Virus record (IMG/VR): IMGVR_UViG_3300037307_000721
Reading direction: 5' to 3' (one strand)
From: a virus
Length of the DNA: 64,000 nucleotides
Position numbers and translations under genes: made by a program. The notes under the pieces are model-generated. The model was not told the origin of the DNA. It was given only the letters and a program-made list of their open reading frames with translations, and searched no databases. Positions 25,580-34,205 of this stretch are shown one piece after another. How positions within the stretch are numbered: the stretch's first letter is position 1; each line of letters starts with the position of its first letter.

Positions 25580-25650
25580 TTGACAACCGCGCATAGCAAC
25601 CTGTAGCCTGGACGGCAGGGCGGGTGGGCAGCAGATTGCTGTGCATTGCC
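25580..25650 (+). promoter_or_regulatory. G-tract promoter element, copy B
   Basis: TTGACA-N18-TAGCCT-GGACGGC-A-GGGCGGGTGGG-...ATTGCTGTGCATTG. Confidence 0.75.
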
Positions 25651-25663
25651 AGCTGGAGGATTC

Positions 25664-25918
25664 ATGATGCCCCTGTTCGACAAGAAAGAGCACGACAAGG
25701 ATCAGAAGAGCTACGAGGGCCGGCAGCACGCGCTCGAGCTCCTGCAGGACACCTGCGTAAAGGGCGGTGTCTGCGCCGCTTGCGGCGCCTCTGCGGGGAT
25801 GTACCTCTCGGGGCTCGCCACGCGCGGCCTGGGCTACGACAAGAAGCGCTTCCTCGAGCTCGCCGCCGAGGTGTGGGAGGACCTGGAGCGCCAGAACCGC
25901 GAGAACCCGGTCAACTGA
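25664..25918 (+). CDS. hypothetical protein
   Basis: GGAGG SD; CAACG. Confidence 0.7.
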   Translation: MMPLFDKKEHDKDQKSYEGRQHALELLQDTCVKGGVCAACGASAGMYLSGLATRGLGYDKKRFLELAAEVWEDLERQNRENPVN

Positions 25919-26277
25919 TGGCGCGCAAGAAGCATCCCTGGGGCAAGCTCGAGTTGGCGGACCTCGGCGGCCTCCTGCACACGGCGCTTCGCAAGGCCTG
26001 CGACAGCCGGACCTCTGGCCTCGCCTGGAACGCGATCGGCGCCATCGAGAAGGGCTGGACGCGCTACCTCGAGGACTGCTTGCCGCACGTGCAGAAGGCG
26101 CGGAACGGACTCGAGCTGCTGGATGCACTGCATCGGCACACCGACGTCAGCATCATGGCGGAGCTCAAGAAGCGCGAGCACCAGGACCTGCTCGTGCGCC
26201 TCGCGCTGGCCCAACTCTCGATGAGCGATTGGCTCGGCATCGTCTACTTCTTCGAGCACGTGGGGGGCCTGCGATGA
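25918..26277 (+). CDS. hypothetical protein
   Basis: TGATG coupling. Confidence 0.7.
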   Translation: MARKKHPWGKLELADLGGLLHTALRKACDSRTSGLAWNAIGAIEKGWTRYLEDCLPHVQKARNGLELLDALHRHTDVSIMAELKKREHQDLLVRLALAQLSMSDWLGIVYFFEHVGGLR

Positions 26278-26513
26278 GCAAGAAGCCGAACGAGTTCTAC
26301 GTCCAGTGCGAGCTGCGGCGGGTCAACGGGCAGATCGACATGGCCTGGATCCCGGAGCAGTACGCTCGCAAGGGCAAGTTCCTTCGCATCCGCAACCACG
26401 GCAAGTGGGAGAACGGATGGGAGGTCACCGCGGTCTACTCGCGCAAGCACGCGGACGAGGTGCTCGAGAACGAGCGCCTCTACCTCGTGCAGCGCGAGGC
26501 CTCCGACATCTGA
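26274..26513 (+). CDS. small conserved phage protein (YVQCEL...AWIP..YA..GK)
   Basis: ATGA coupling. Confidence 0.7.
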   Translation: MSKKPNEFYVQCELRRVNGQIDMAWIPEQYARKGKFLRIRNHGKWENGWEVTAVYSRKHADEVLENERLYLVQREASDI

Positions 26514-26524
26514 GGTCTTGAGCC

Positions 26525-27358
26525 ATGCGAATCGACGTCGAGACGGGCGCCTTCTGGGCGACCATCGTCGGCTCGGAGGGAGAGCTTGACCAGGTCGTCG
26601 GCAAGCTGCGCGAGTTCGCCGCCGAGCTCGCGCCGAGCGGCCAGGCCCGGTCCCTCTGCCTCCGCACGCCTGGGCACCTTCGGGTGCCCGCCGGCGCGGT
26701 GCTCCTGCTGGAGGACCGGCCCGGGGTCCTGAGCGCCCGGGGCTCGGAGCTGGCCGAAGCCGGAGCCAAGCACCTCGAGGCCGCGGGTCTCCTTCGGGAC
26801 TACCAGGCCCGCGCGGTCGGGGCTGCCCTGACCGCACCCCTGGGCCGCGCCACGGTGGACGTGGTGATGGGCGGCGGCAAGACCCGCATCGCGGCCGCCC
26901 TGGCCGCGGTGGCCCAGGCGGTGGGTGGCTTCGGGGCCTGGCTGTACCTGGTCCAGAACGGGGAGCTCGCGCGCCAGGCGGAGGCCGAGATCGCCGAGCT
27001 GCTGCCCATGATGGCCGCGCGCCTCGGCGGACCGCCGGCCCAGGTGACGGCCACCACCTACTCCGGCATCAAGAAGCTGCCGAGCAAGCACTTCGCCGGC
27101 GTCATCGTGGACGAGTGCCACCTGCTGCCGGCGCCAACTCGCTGCCTGCCCTTCGCGCTGGTCAAGGCGACCTGGCGCATCGGATTGTCTGGGACACTCC
27201 TGGACAGGACGGATACGAAGAACGCGCTAATCATTGCGCTGCTTGGCCCACGGGTGTGCGAGGTGAAGATTCCCGAGCTCGAAGAGCAGGAGCACCTCGC
27301 GCGCGGCCGCGTCCAGGTTCTTCGCTATGACCATCGGCTGAAGCGCCTTGTCTCGTAG
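26525..27358 (+). CDS. SF2 (SSL2/ResIII-like) helicase, N-terminal half (RecA1 domain)
   Basis: LRDYQ Q-motif, VMGGGKT motif I, DECH motif II, LSGT motif III; ends at TAG. Confidence 0.85.
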   Translation: MRIDVETGAFWATIVGSEGELDQVVGKLREFAAELAPSGQARSLCLRTPGHLRVPAGAVLLLEDRPGVLSARGSELAEAGAKHLEAAGLLRDYQARAVGAALTAPLGRATVDVVMGGGKTRIAAALAAVAQAVGGFGAWLYLVQNGELARQAEAEIAELLPMMAARLGGPPAQVTATTYSGIKKLPSKHFAGVIVDECHLLPAPTRCLPFALVKATWRIGLSGTLLDRTDTKNALIIALLGPRVCEVKIPELEEQEHLARGRVQVLRYDHRLKRLVS

Positions 27359-27421
27359 CTTCCAGCCGCGCTCCTCCAGGCACCCGACGAGTTTCGTGGA
27401 ACGTAAGGCTGTTTCCACCGA

Positions 27422-27450
27422 TTCGTCTAATGATGTGGAGGACGTATGAT
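27422..27450 (+). promoter_or_regulatory. internal promoter between the helicase halves
   Basis: TTCGTC-N17-TATGAT, then an AGGAGG SD before ATG 27467. Confidence 0.55.
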
Positions 27451-27466
27451 TAGGAGGTTACATTCC

Positions 27467-28228
27467 ATGCACGACCGAGCCGGCAGAACGAAATACGACC
27501 GGCTCGTCGTCGAGGACCCTTACCGTACTGACGCGCTGTGTCGATTCATCGCAGATCTGGAACGTAAGGGCGAGTGGCCGGGCATCGTCTTCGTCCGCAA
27601 GCGGCGCCACGCGGAGCTCTTCGCGAAGGCGCTCAGCGCGGTCCTGGGCAAGCAGATCCCGGCGGTGACCTCGGCGGCGACCTCGCGCCAGGAGCGCGAG
27701 GCGCTGGCTGACCGCATGCGCCGGCGCGACCCGAGCCTGCCCGCGGCGGTCGCGACCGCCGTCTGGTCGACCGGCCTGAACGTCCCGAGCCTGTCCTGGG
27801 TCATGATGGCGGGGGCCGGCCAGGCGCCCATCGGCCTGAAGCAAAGCGCCGGCCGCGCGACCAGGCTCGCGGAGGAGAAGGCCGGCTACACCATCTACGA
27901 CGTCCAGGACGTCGGCCCGGGGCTCGAGTGGGCTCAGGAGCAGGCCGCCCAGCGGATGCGGCACTACGCGGCGGCTGGCTTCGCGGTGGACGAGGTTCGA
28001 CCGCAGGGCGAGGAGCTGGACGACGAAGACGCGATGGCCCTGGCCGACCTGCTCGCCCTCGAGGACCAACTGCCAGCCGCATCGGGGGGCGCGCGCGCCC
28101 CGCCTGTGGACGACCGGACGCAGCGGGGCATGGAGATCGGCGGCAAGCTCGCTGGCTGGTTCTTGGCGCTCCTGGGCTTCGTCCTGTTCTTCATGCTCTA
28201 CGTGACCTGCGGACGCGCTTGCAAATAG
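27467..28228 (+). CDS. SF2 helicase, C-terminal half (RecA2 domain) with C-terminal hydrophobic helix
   Basis: GIVFV motif IV, ATAVWSTGLNVP motif V, QSAGRATR motif VI; tail LAGWFLALLGFVLFFMLYVTC. Confidence 0.8.
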   Translation: MHDRAGRTKYDRLVVEDPYRTDALCRFIADLERKGEWPGIVFVRKRRHAELFAKALSAVLGKQIPAVTSAATSRQEREALADRMRRRDPSLPAAVATAVWSTGLNVPSLSWVMMAGAGQAPIGLKQSAGRATRLAEEKAGYTIYDVQDVGPGLEWAQEQAAQRMRHYAAAGFAVDEVRPQGEELDDEDAMALADLLALEDQLPAASGGARAPPVDDRTQRGMEIGGKLAGWFLALLGFVLFFMLYVTCGRACK

Positions 28229-28247
28229 CGCGCACCCTCGCTATAAT
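28219..28247 (+). promoter_or_regulatory. strong sigma70-type promoter
   Basis: TTGCAA-N17-TATAAT; leader has a TCGAGCC/GGCTCGA inverted repeat. Confidence 0.75.
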
Positions 28248-28305
28248 CAAACCCTCTCGAGCCGGCCAGCAACTGGCTCGACACAACTCGGGAAGGAGCG
28301 GGCGC

Positions 28306-30348
28306 ATGGACAAGCTCTATGTGTACAGGGCCCCGTGCCGCAAATCTTTACGTGTCAAGCCAGATGGCGAAAGCTTTGCGCTCGCCGAGCCCTGCCTTCC
28401 CTGCAACGTCGCGGAGGGCTCCGCGCTTCAGTGCTTGATCGACGCTTGCAAATCGTGCACAGTGCCGTCTTGCACAGTGGAGGGACAACCCATGAATCCT
28501 AGTTCACCTTCGAGTGGAGGCAATGGCGCTCCGAGCACGCTTCCGCGAATCTTTACGCCGCCGCCAGGGGCGCCCCAGGTCGCTCCCCAGGTCGCTCCGA
28601 GCTCGGCGCCGTTGCCGACCCCGGTGCTGCCCACGGCTGAGCCCCCGGCCGCCGCGGCACCCGACCCGGAGCCAGCGCCAGCGGTGGTCGAGCCGGCGCC
28701 CCAGCCGGTCGTCGAGCCCATGCCGGCCAGGCAGGTGCAGATCGTGGTACCGGGCTCGCCGATGGCGGCTGTCGCGGCGGCCGAGCCACCGGGTCAGCCG
28801 GTCGCGATGGATATGTCGCAACCTGAGCCTAAGGCGCAACCTGGAACACCCGCCGCCGCGCTCCTCACAGGCCTGCTTCGGGGCATGAGCGGGGGCGAGG
28901 AGTCGGTCGACGTGGACAAGGTGCTGGCCTCCATCCCAGGCCTGGCCGGCGGACCATCGGAGGGCGGCTTCTCCTGGCACACGCTCGAGCCCTGCATGCA
29001 GTGCTGGCAGAAGGCCTACCTCACGCACGTCCTCGGGCTGACGCCCAAGCAGAAGAGCCACGCGCTCGGCTTCGGCTCGGTCTATCACGCCTGCTGGGAG
29101 GTCTGGTACACCTCCGGTGGGCAGCGTCGCTACGACGAGCCCTGCGACGCGCTTCGGCAGGCCGGAGCGCCGAAGCTCGCCGGCGACGTGCAGCGCCTGG
29201 TCTACACCGAGCTCATGAAGTACGCCCAGGAGGAGGCGACTCGCTGGGACATCCGCGCCGTCGAGCAGAACGCCATCTACTGGGGCGAGCCCGAGCGGAT
29301 CAACGGCAAGCTCGTCCACCTGCCCTTCAGCTGTCGGCACGACTTGCTCATCGGCAAGCGCGACGAGGGCGCGGCTGTCGCTCCTCCGGGCCCCTGCCCC
29401 TCGGGCGTCTGGGTCGTCGACCGCAAGACCGCCTCGGCGCTCACCTACGACCTGACCAAGGGCTACGCGATGGATGGGCAGTTCCTGATGAACGCCCTGA
29501 TCTACACGCGCTCCGACGAGGTCGAGCGGTTCGGGCCCTTCCAGGGCATGATCTTCTCGGTCGCCGTCAAGCACAAGGAGCCCTCGGCGGAGAAGTCCTA
29601 CTTCCGCGTCGAGACCACCGTCGACGAGCCGACCATCGAGGAGTTCTACCGCGACGAGGTCCGGCCCTACGCCATCGAGCTCTACCGCCGGCTGACCTCC
29701 GAGGAATACCGGGCGAACCCGCGACTCTGGCCGAAGAATCGCTCCTCGTGCGTCGGTCGCTACGGCTGCTGCTGGTTCTTTGACATCTGCGACATCGGGG
29801 GCGAGAGCCTGATCGACGTGATGTTCGACTCGGACCCGAAGCGGATCTTCGACGTCGAGCGCCTGGCCGAACCGCCCACCGAGGTGAAGCGCGCGGCGCG
29901 CGCTGGCGACCCGAGCAAGCAGGCGGCCGAGGACGCGCGCAAGACCAAGGCTGAGCACAAGAAGCAGCTCGCCAAGGGCCTCTGCACGAAGTTCCGCGCG
30001 GCTGCCTTGCAGATGGAGCACTTCGCCCGCGGGCGATACCTGGTGCCCAACCACACGCGCAAGACGGTTCTCGACCAGCTGCTGCTCACCCTGCAGGGCC
30101 TGTGGCCCAACGAGACCTCGTTCGCCCTCGGCCCAGACGCCGATGGCAACCTGGACCCGGACGGACTCAACTTCGAGGTCACCGTCACCGAGAAGGGCCT
30201 CGCCTGGGTGTGGATGCAGCCGCCCGTCGAAGGCAAGAAGAAGCCGACAGCCGTCAAGGGCGTTCTCAACTACAAGATCATCGCGGAGGCTATCTGCCAG
30301 GACTGGTGGGACCTCAAGCACCTCGACCCTCGAAGCCCGGCCAAGTAG
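28306..30348 (+). CDS. PD-(D/E)XK nuclease (AddB/Cas4-like, probable Fe-S) with long Pro/Ala-rich N-terminal region
   Basis: CMQCWQKAYL...FGSVYH...AVEQ...RHDLL...VVDRKT...Q...CVGRYGCCWFFDIC. Confidence 0.85.
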   Translation: MDKLYVYRAPCRKSLRVKPDGESFALAEPCLPCNVAEGSALQCLIDACKSCTVPSCTVEGQPMNPSSPSSGGNGAPSTLPRIFTPPPGAPQVAPQVAPSSAPLPTPVLPTAEPPAAAAPDPEPAPAVVEPAPQPVVEPMPARQVQIVVPGSPMAAVAAAEPPGQPVAMDMSQPEPKAQPGTPAAALLTGLLRGMSGGEESVDVDKVLASIPGLAGGPSEGGFSWHTLEPCMQCWQKAYLTHVLGLTPKQKSHALGFGSVYHACWEVWYTSGGQRRYDEPCDALRQAGAPKLAGDVQRLVYTELMKYAQEEATRWDIRAVEQNAIYWGEPERINGKLVHLPFSCRHDLLIGKRDEGAAVAPPGPCPSGVWVVDRKTASALTYDLTKGYAMDGQFLMNALIYTRSDEVERFGPFQGMIFSVAVKHKEPSAEKSYFRVETTVDEPTIEEFYRDEVRPYAIELYRRLTSEEYRANPRLWPKNRSSCVGRYGCCWFFDICDIGGESLIDVMFDSDPKRIFDVERLAEPPTEVKRAARAGDPSKQAAEDARKTKAEHKKQLAKGLCTKFRAAALQMEHFARGRYLVPNHTRKTVLDQLLLTLQGLWPNETSFALGPDADGNLDPDGLNFEVTVTEKGLAWVWMQPPVEGKKKPTAVKGVLNYKIIAEAICQDWWDLKHLDPRSPAK

Positions 30349-30356
30349 GTGACTCG

Positions 30357-32639
30357 ATGTCCTACAGTCCAGAGCTACAGCACCTTCTCGACGGCCTGAA
30401 CGAGTACCAGGTCGCCGCCGTGAACATCGGCGGCGGCCTGGCCTCACTCGTCGGTGTGCCGGGGAGCGGCAAGACCAGAACCATCGTGGCCAGGATGGCA
30501 CGCATGGCCGAAGATGGCCTCGACCCCGACTACGTTCTGGCCATGACCTTCACGCGCGCAGCCGCGTCCGAGATGACGAGCCGACTCGACGCCCTCGGCG
30601 TTCGCAGTGCCAGGGTCGGCACCATCCACTCGGTGTGTCGGCAGATCGCCGCCGCCGAGACCGACCTGTTCGACCACGGCCGACTGGACGAGCGCAACAA
30701 GATGCAGCTCGAGCTGAAGAAGCTCCTCGGCGAGTTTCGTCGCAAGGGCAGCATCGCCAACCTGGGCGTCGACTTCGAGGGCGTATCGCGCTACGTCGAG
30801 GCGTGCAAGGCTTCGGGGCTCTGCTACATCGACGGCGATCCGCTCGGAATGAACAGCCAGGCGGAGAACCACCACCTGGAGCTGGGCAAGAAGTGGGCGC
30901 GCTCAGCTGGCGTCCACTCCAAGATGCTCTCCACGATCTACGTCGAGCTCGAGCGCCGGCGCGGCTCATTGGGCGTCTACGACTTCGACGACATGCTGCT
31001 CTGGGCCTGGATGAAGCTCATCGCCGACCCAGAGGCGCGACTGCGCTGGCGCCAGCGCTGGTCGCTCGTCATCGTCGACGAGGCGCAGGATTCGAACCCC
31101 GTCCAGTGGGACATCGCACGCATGCTGGTGGGTCTCGAGTCCTGCATCGACGGCGTGAGTCACCTCGCCTGCGCACCGAAGCGGGACGCCGAGTTCCACA
31201 ACCTGATGGTTGCCGGCGACCCCAGCCAGTCGATCTACCGCTGGCGCTCGGCTGAGCCGAATCTCTTCGTCGAGTTCGCGACCTCCAAGGACGTCGAGAG
31301 CCTGGTGCTGCCGCTCAACTATCGCTCGAACCAGAGCATCTGCTCGGTGGCCACCGGGTTGGTGCGCGAGAAGAAGTGGCACCTCGGCGGCGAGATCACT
31401 TCGACGAGCGGTCTCCTGCCGCCGACGGCGGTCAGCACCAAGCGCTATGACTCCGTAGAGGAAGAGGCCGAGGACATCGTCAGGAAGTGCATGGAGCTCG
31501 CCGAGGACGGCCGCGGCCTGCGCTCCTGCGCCGTGCTCTCGCGACTGCGAGTCGGGCTGGACCTCGTCGAGATCTCTTGCATCCGGCACCGCATCCGCTA
31601 CATCAAGCAGGCCGCCGGTTCCTTCTTCGAGAGCAAGGAGGTTCGCGACGTGCTGGCCTACTTGCGCGTCGCCGCCAACCTCGATCCGGATGGGACCTGG
31701 GCGCGGCACATCATCAACCGCCCGTTCCGCTACCTGGGCGCCAGCTACATCGGCAAGGCAGCGGCCTGGGCCGAGGCGCGCGGCATGTCCATCCTCGACG
31801 GGCTCGAGGCCTGCTCGGACGACATCAACTACAAGCAGCGGCAGGCCGTGCGCGACCTCTACTCCCTGCTGCAGAAGCTGAACCAGATCGCCGTCAAGGC
31901 CGAGGCTCGCTACCAGCAAGCCGAGCGCGAGCTGGCCGAACGCAAGGCCCGCGGCGAGGCCGGGTTGCCCGACGATCCGCTGGCCCTGCTGCACAGGGCG
32001 AACGGCGCGCAGGAGGACGATGAGCTCGTCTCGGACGAGACTCCGCTCATTCTCGAGGGGCCGGCCGACATGATCGCCCTCGTCCTGCGCGAGACCGACT
32101 ACATCGAAGAGCTGCGACGAGAGGAGGGCCTCCTCGGGATGGACGAGTCGCGCATCGCGGCGCTGGCCGCCCTGCGGCGCATGGCCTTCATGTTCCCCAC
32201 CACGAACACCTTCCTCTCGTACGTGGACGCCCTGACGGTGGCCGTGGAGCAGGCCCGCAAGACCGGCTTGCGGCTCCAGGAGGGTGCGCGGGAGGACGCC
32301 CTGGTGCTCTCCACCATCCACCGGGCCAAGGGCCTCGAGTGGCGCCACGTCTTCCTGATGGATGTAGTACAAGGTAGGTTTCCGTGTGCCAAGTCGATGG
32401 ATGCGGACGAGGAACTGCGGCTCCTGTACGTGGCCCTGACTCGAGCCATGGACTCCTGCCAGGTCTCGTACGCCGGGCCGCCCGAGAGCGCCGGGGAGCG
32501 CAAGCCGGTCCGATCCTCCTATATCCTCCTGATCGAGCAGCAGCTACGCGAGCTGGCGCAGACAGTAAGAGCTGCCGCGAAATCAAAGGCGGATTTGAGC
32601 GAGCCAAAAAGTCATCACGCGGTTCGCGATGGAGCGTAA
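30357..32639 (+). CDS. uvrD: UvrD/PcrA-family SF1A DNA helicase
   Basis: LNEYQ, GVPGSGKT, DEAQD, GDPSQSIYRWR, LNYRS, STIHRAKGLEW, LYVALTRA. Confidence 0.95.
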   Translation: MSYSPELQHLLDGLNEYQVAAVNIGGGLASLVGVPGSGKTRTIVARMARMAEDGLDPDYVLAMTFTRAAASEMTSRLDALGVRSARVGTIHSVCRQIAAAETDLFDHGRLDERNKMQLELKKLLGEFRRKGSIANLGVDFEGVSRYVEACKASGLCYIDGDPLGMNSQAENHHLELGKKWARSAGVHSKMLSTIYVELERRRGSLGVYDFDDMLLWAWMKLIADPEARLRWRQRWSLVIVDEAQDSNPVQWDIARMLVGLESCIDGVSHLACAPKRDAEFHNLMVAGDPSQSIYRWRSAEPNLFVEFATSKDVESLVLPLNYRSNQSICSVATGLVREKKWHLGGEITSTSGLLPPTAVSTKRYDSVEEEAEDIVRKCMELAEDGRGLRSCAVLSRLRVGLDLVEISCIRHRIRYIKQAAGSFFESKEVRDVLAYLRVAANLDPDGTWARHIINRPFRYLGASYIGKAAAWAEARGMSILDGLEACSDDINYKQRQAVRDLYSLLQKLNQIAVKAEARYQQAERELAERKARGEAGLPDDPLALLHRANGAQEDDELVSDETPLILEGPADMIALVLRETDYIEELRREEGLLGMDESRIAALAALRRMAFMFPTTNTFLSYVDALTVAVEQARKTGLRLQEGAREDALVLSTIHRAKGLEWRHVFLMDVVQGRFPCAKSMDADEELRLLYVALTRAMDSCQVSYAGPPESAGERKPVRSSYILLIEQQLRELAQTVRAAAKSKADLSEPKSHHAVRDGA

Positions 32640-32723
32640 CAAGTGCCGAACATTGCAACAAAAATCGAGGGAAACAGGCTTACATTCCGTGAAGGACGTG
32701 TTTGCCTGTTAGAGGAAGAGCGC

Positions 32724-33197
32724 ATGGAGGTAAAAGAACACGCGCCGGCGGCGCCCGTGACCGCCAGCCCGCCGAAGATTGCGCTCGGTCCGGCGATCCA
32801 CTGCTGGGTGGCTCTCGTCCTGGCCGTGATGGAGCGCAGCAAGCTCTCGCATCATGACATCCTGCGTCATGCCGGGCGGTCCAGCAAGCGGCTCGCGGAC
32901 GCGCGCCGGTTGCTCATCTGGGCCTTCATGGAGGTGGCCGGCGTGGGCGAGGACCTGGCCATCGCCTGGCTCGAGCAGTGCCTGCAGCTCGGGCGCCGGA
33001 CCATCGTGGACGGGCTCCGGCTGGGCGCGCCGCCCGAAGGCCTCGCGGAGACCGTGGCGACCTACAGCCGGCTCGTCCGCGAGATGGGACCCGAGGACGT
33101 GTCCGAAGCTGTGACCGCGGGCATCGTGGGCGAGCGCAAGCCGCGCGCGACGCTCTGGCCCAAGGGCTTCTTCCAGAAGCTGGGGCTCGACCTATGA
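32724..33197 (+). CDS. putative DNA-binding protein, DnaA C-terminal-domain-like
   Basis: LSHHDILRHAGRSSKRLADARRLLIW...LGRRTIVDG weakly resembles the DnaA domain IV pattern; start 32643 or 32724. Confidence 0.45.
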   Translation: MEVKEHAPAAPVTASPPKIALGPAIHCWVALVLAVMERSKLSHHDILRHAGRSSKRLADARRLLIWAFMEVAGVGEDLAIAWLEQCLQLGRRTIVDGLRLGAPPEGLAETVATYSRLVREMGPEDVSEAVTAGIVGERKPRATLWPKGFFQKLGLDL

Positions 33198-33406
33198 AGG
33201 CGCGCAGGCTCACCAACCCGCAGCTGTGGTGGCTGCGCAAAGCCGTGGCCGAGGGCTACGTGCACGTCCATGGGTCGCCGAACACCCGAGTCGCCAGGAC
33301 CCTGGCAGGCCTCGAGCTCGCCGTGTTCAACGAGGACGACTGCGTCCTGCGACCGACTGGCAAGGGGCGCGAGATAGCTGAACGCGGTGGGAGGCTCGAG
33401 CCATGA
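33194..33406 (+). CDS. small winged-helix-like protein
   Basis: LTNPQLWWL...RTLAGLEL...PTGKGRE. Confidence 0.55.
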   Translation: MKARRLTNPQLWWLRKAVAEGYVHVHGSPNTRVARTLAGLELAVFNEDDCVLRPTGKGREIAERGGRLEP

Positions 33407-33948
33407 CCAGCCACGAGCTCTTCGAGGGCGACCTCGCCGCGCACGTCTTCGAGCCCGAGAAGCCCTCGCTGCTCCGCGCGTGCTACGAGGACGCGCCTGA
33501 GGGCTGGCTCGGCGATCCGGAATGGCCCTCGCTCTTCCTTGGCCCGAAGATGAACGAGGTCTACGTCTACTGCGAGCTCTTCGTCGACGAGTTCGAGGAA
33601 CTGGCCGTCGAGCTGCTCTCTGCGGTGCCCGACGTGGGCCGGCGCCAGGGCAAGATGACCTGGCTCGAGCACGAGCTCAACGTCGACTCCTTCGCCGTGA
33701 TGCTCGGGCTGGACCACGACGCCGCGGAGCAGTTCGCCCTCGAGAACGGACTGTGCCCCGACCAGTGGTTCGTGCTGAAGGTGATCCCACACTACTGGGA
33801 GGGGTGGTGCGGCGACTTCTACGAGTACGACTTCGAGGTCGACTTCGACCTCATCTCCGCGCAGCGCCTCTCGCCTGAAGAGCACGCGAAGCGCTGGTCC
33901 GACTACTGGACCGCGCGCGGGCTCGCTCCCGTCGCTCTGCTTCGCTAG
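33403..33948 (+). CDS. hypothetical acidic protein
   Basis: ATGA coupling; GC3 bias. Confidence 0.75.
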   Translation: MTSHELFEGDLAAHVFEPEKPSLLRACYEDAPEGWLGDPEWPSLFLGPKMNEVYVYCELFVDEFEELAVELLSAVPDVGRRQGKMTWLEHELNVDSFAVMLGLDHDAAEQFALENGLCPDQWFVLKVIPHYWEGWCGDFYEYDFEVDFDLISAQRLSPEEHAKRWSDYWTARGLAPVALLR

Positions 33949-34205
33949 TAGCTCCCCGCCGTAGCCGCCCGCCTCAGCCGCTGCCACTGCGGCTCGCTCG
34001 CCTGCAGGTTGTAGGCGTCGAGCAGGAACTTGGCGAGCGGCAGCCCCGGCGACATCTCCGTCGCCAAACACCCCTCAAGCTCTGCTGGAAGATTGGGAAG
34101 GGCCTGGCGAATGCCAGGCAGGCGCTCACTGCAGAACAGGCGAAACTCCGGGTCCCGCCGGAGCTCCATCCTCGCGTACTCCACTATCGTCTGCTGCGTC
34201 AACAA
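33945..34205 (-). CDS. hypothetical protein downstream of the RepA-like helicase
   Basis: stop codon overlaps the convergent gene's stop (CTAG); start uncertain. Confidence 0.5.
   Translation of the reverse strand: MLTQQTIVEYARMELRRDPEFRLFCSERLPGIRQALPNLPAELEGCLATEMSPGLPLAKFLLDAYNLQASEPQWQRLRRAATAGSY

Noticed and set aside
27359-27466. Split intein or stop readthrough joining the helicase halves
   Set aside because: No intein Cys/Ser start or His-Asn end motifs, and four in-frame stops.
28306-30348. Cas4-like nuclease as a sign of a CRISPR system
   Set aside because: No cas1/cas2 and no repeat-spacer array in the window; the context (UvrD, Sak4-like, SSB) is a recombination module.
32653-32686. 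TTGCAA...TACATT promoter
   Set aside because: The 22-nt spacing is incompatible with sigma70.
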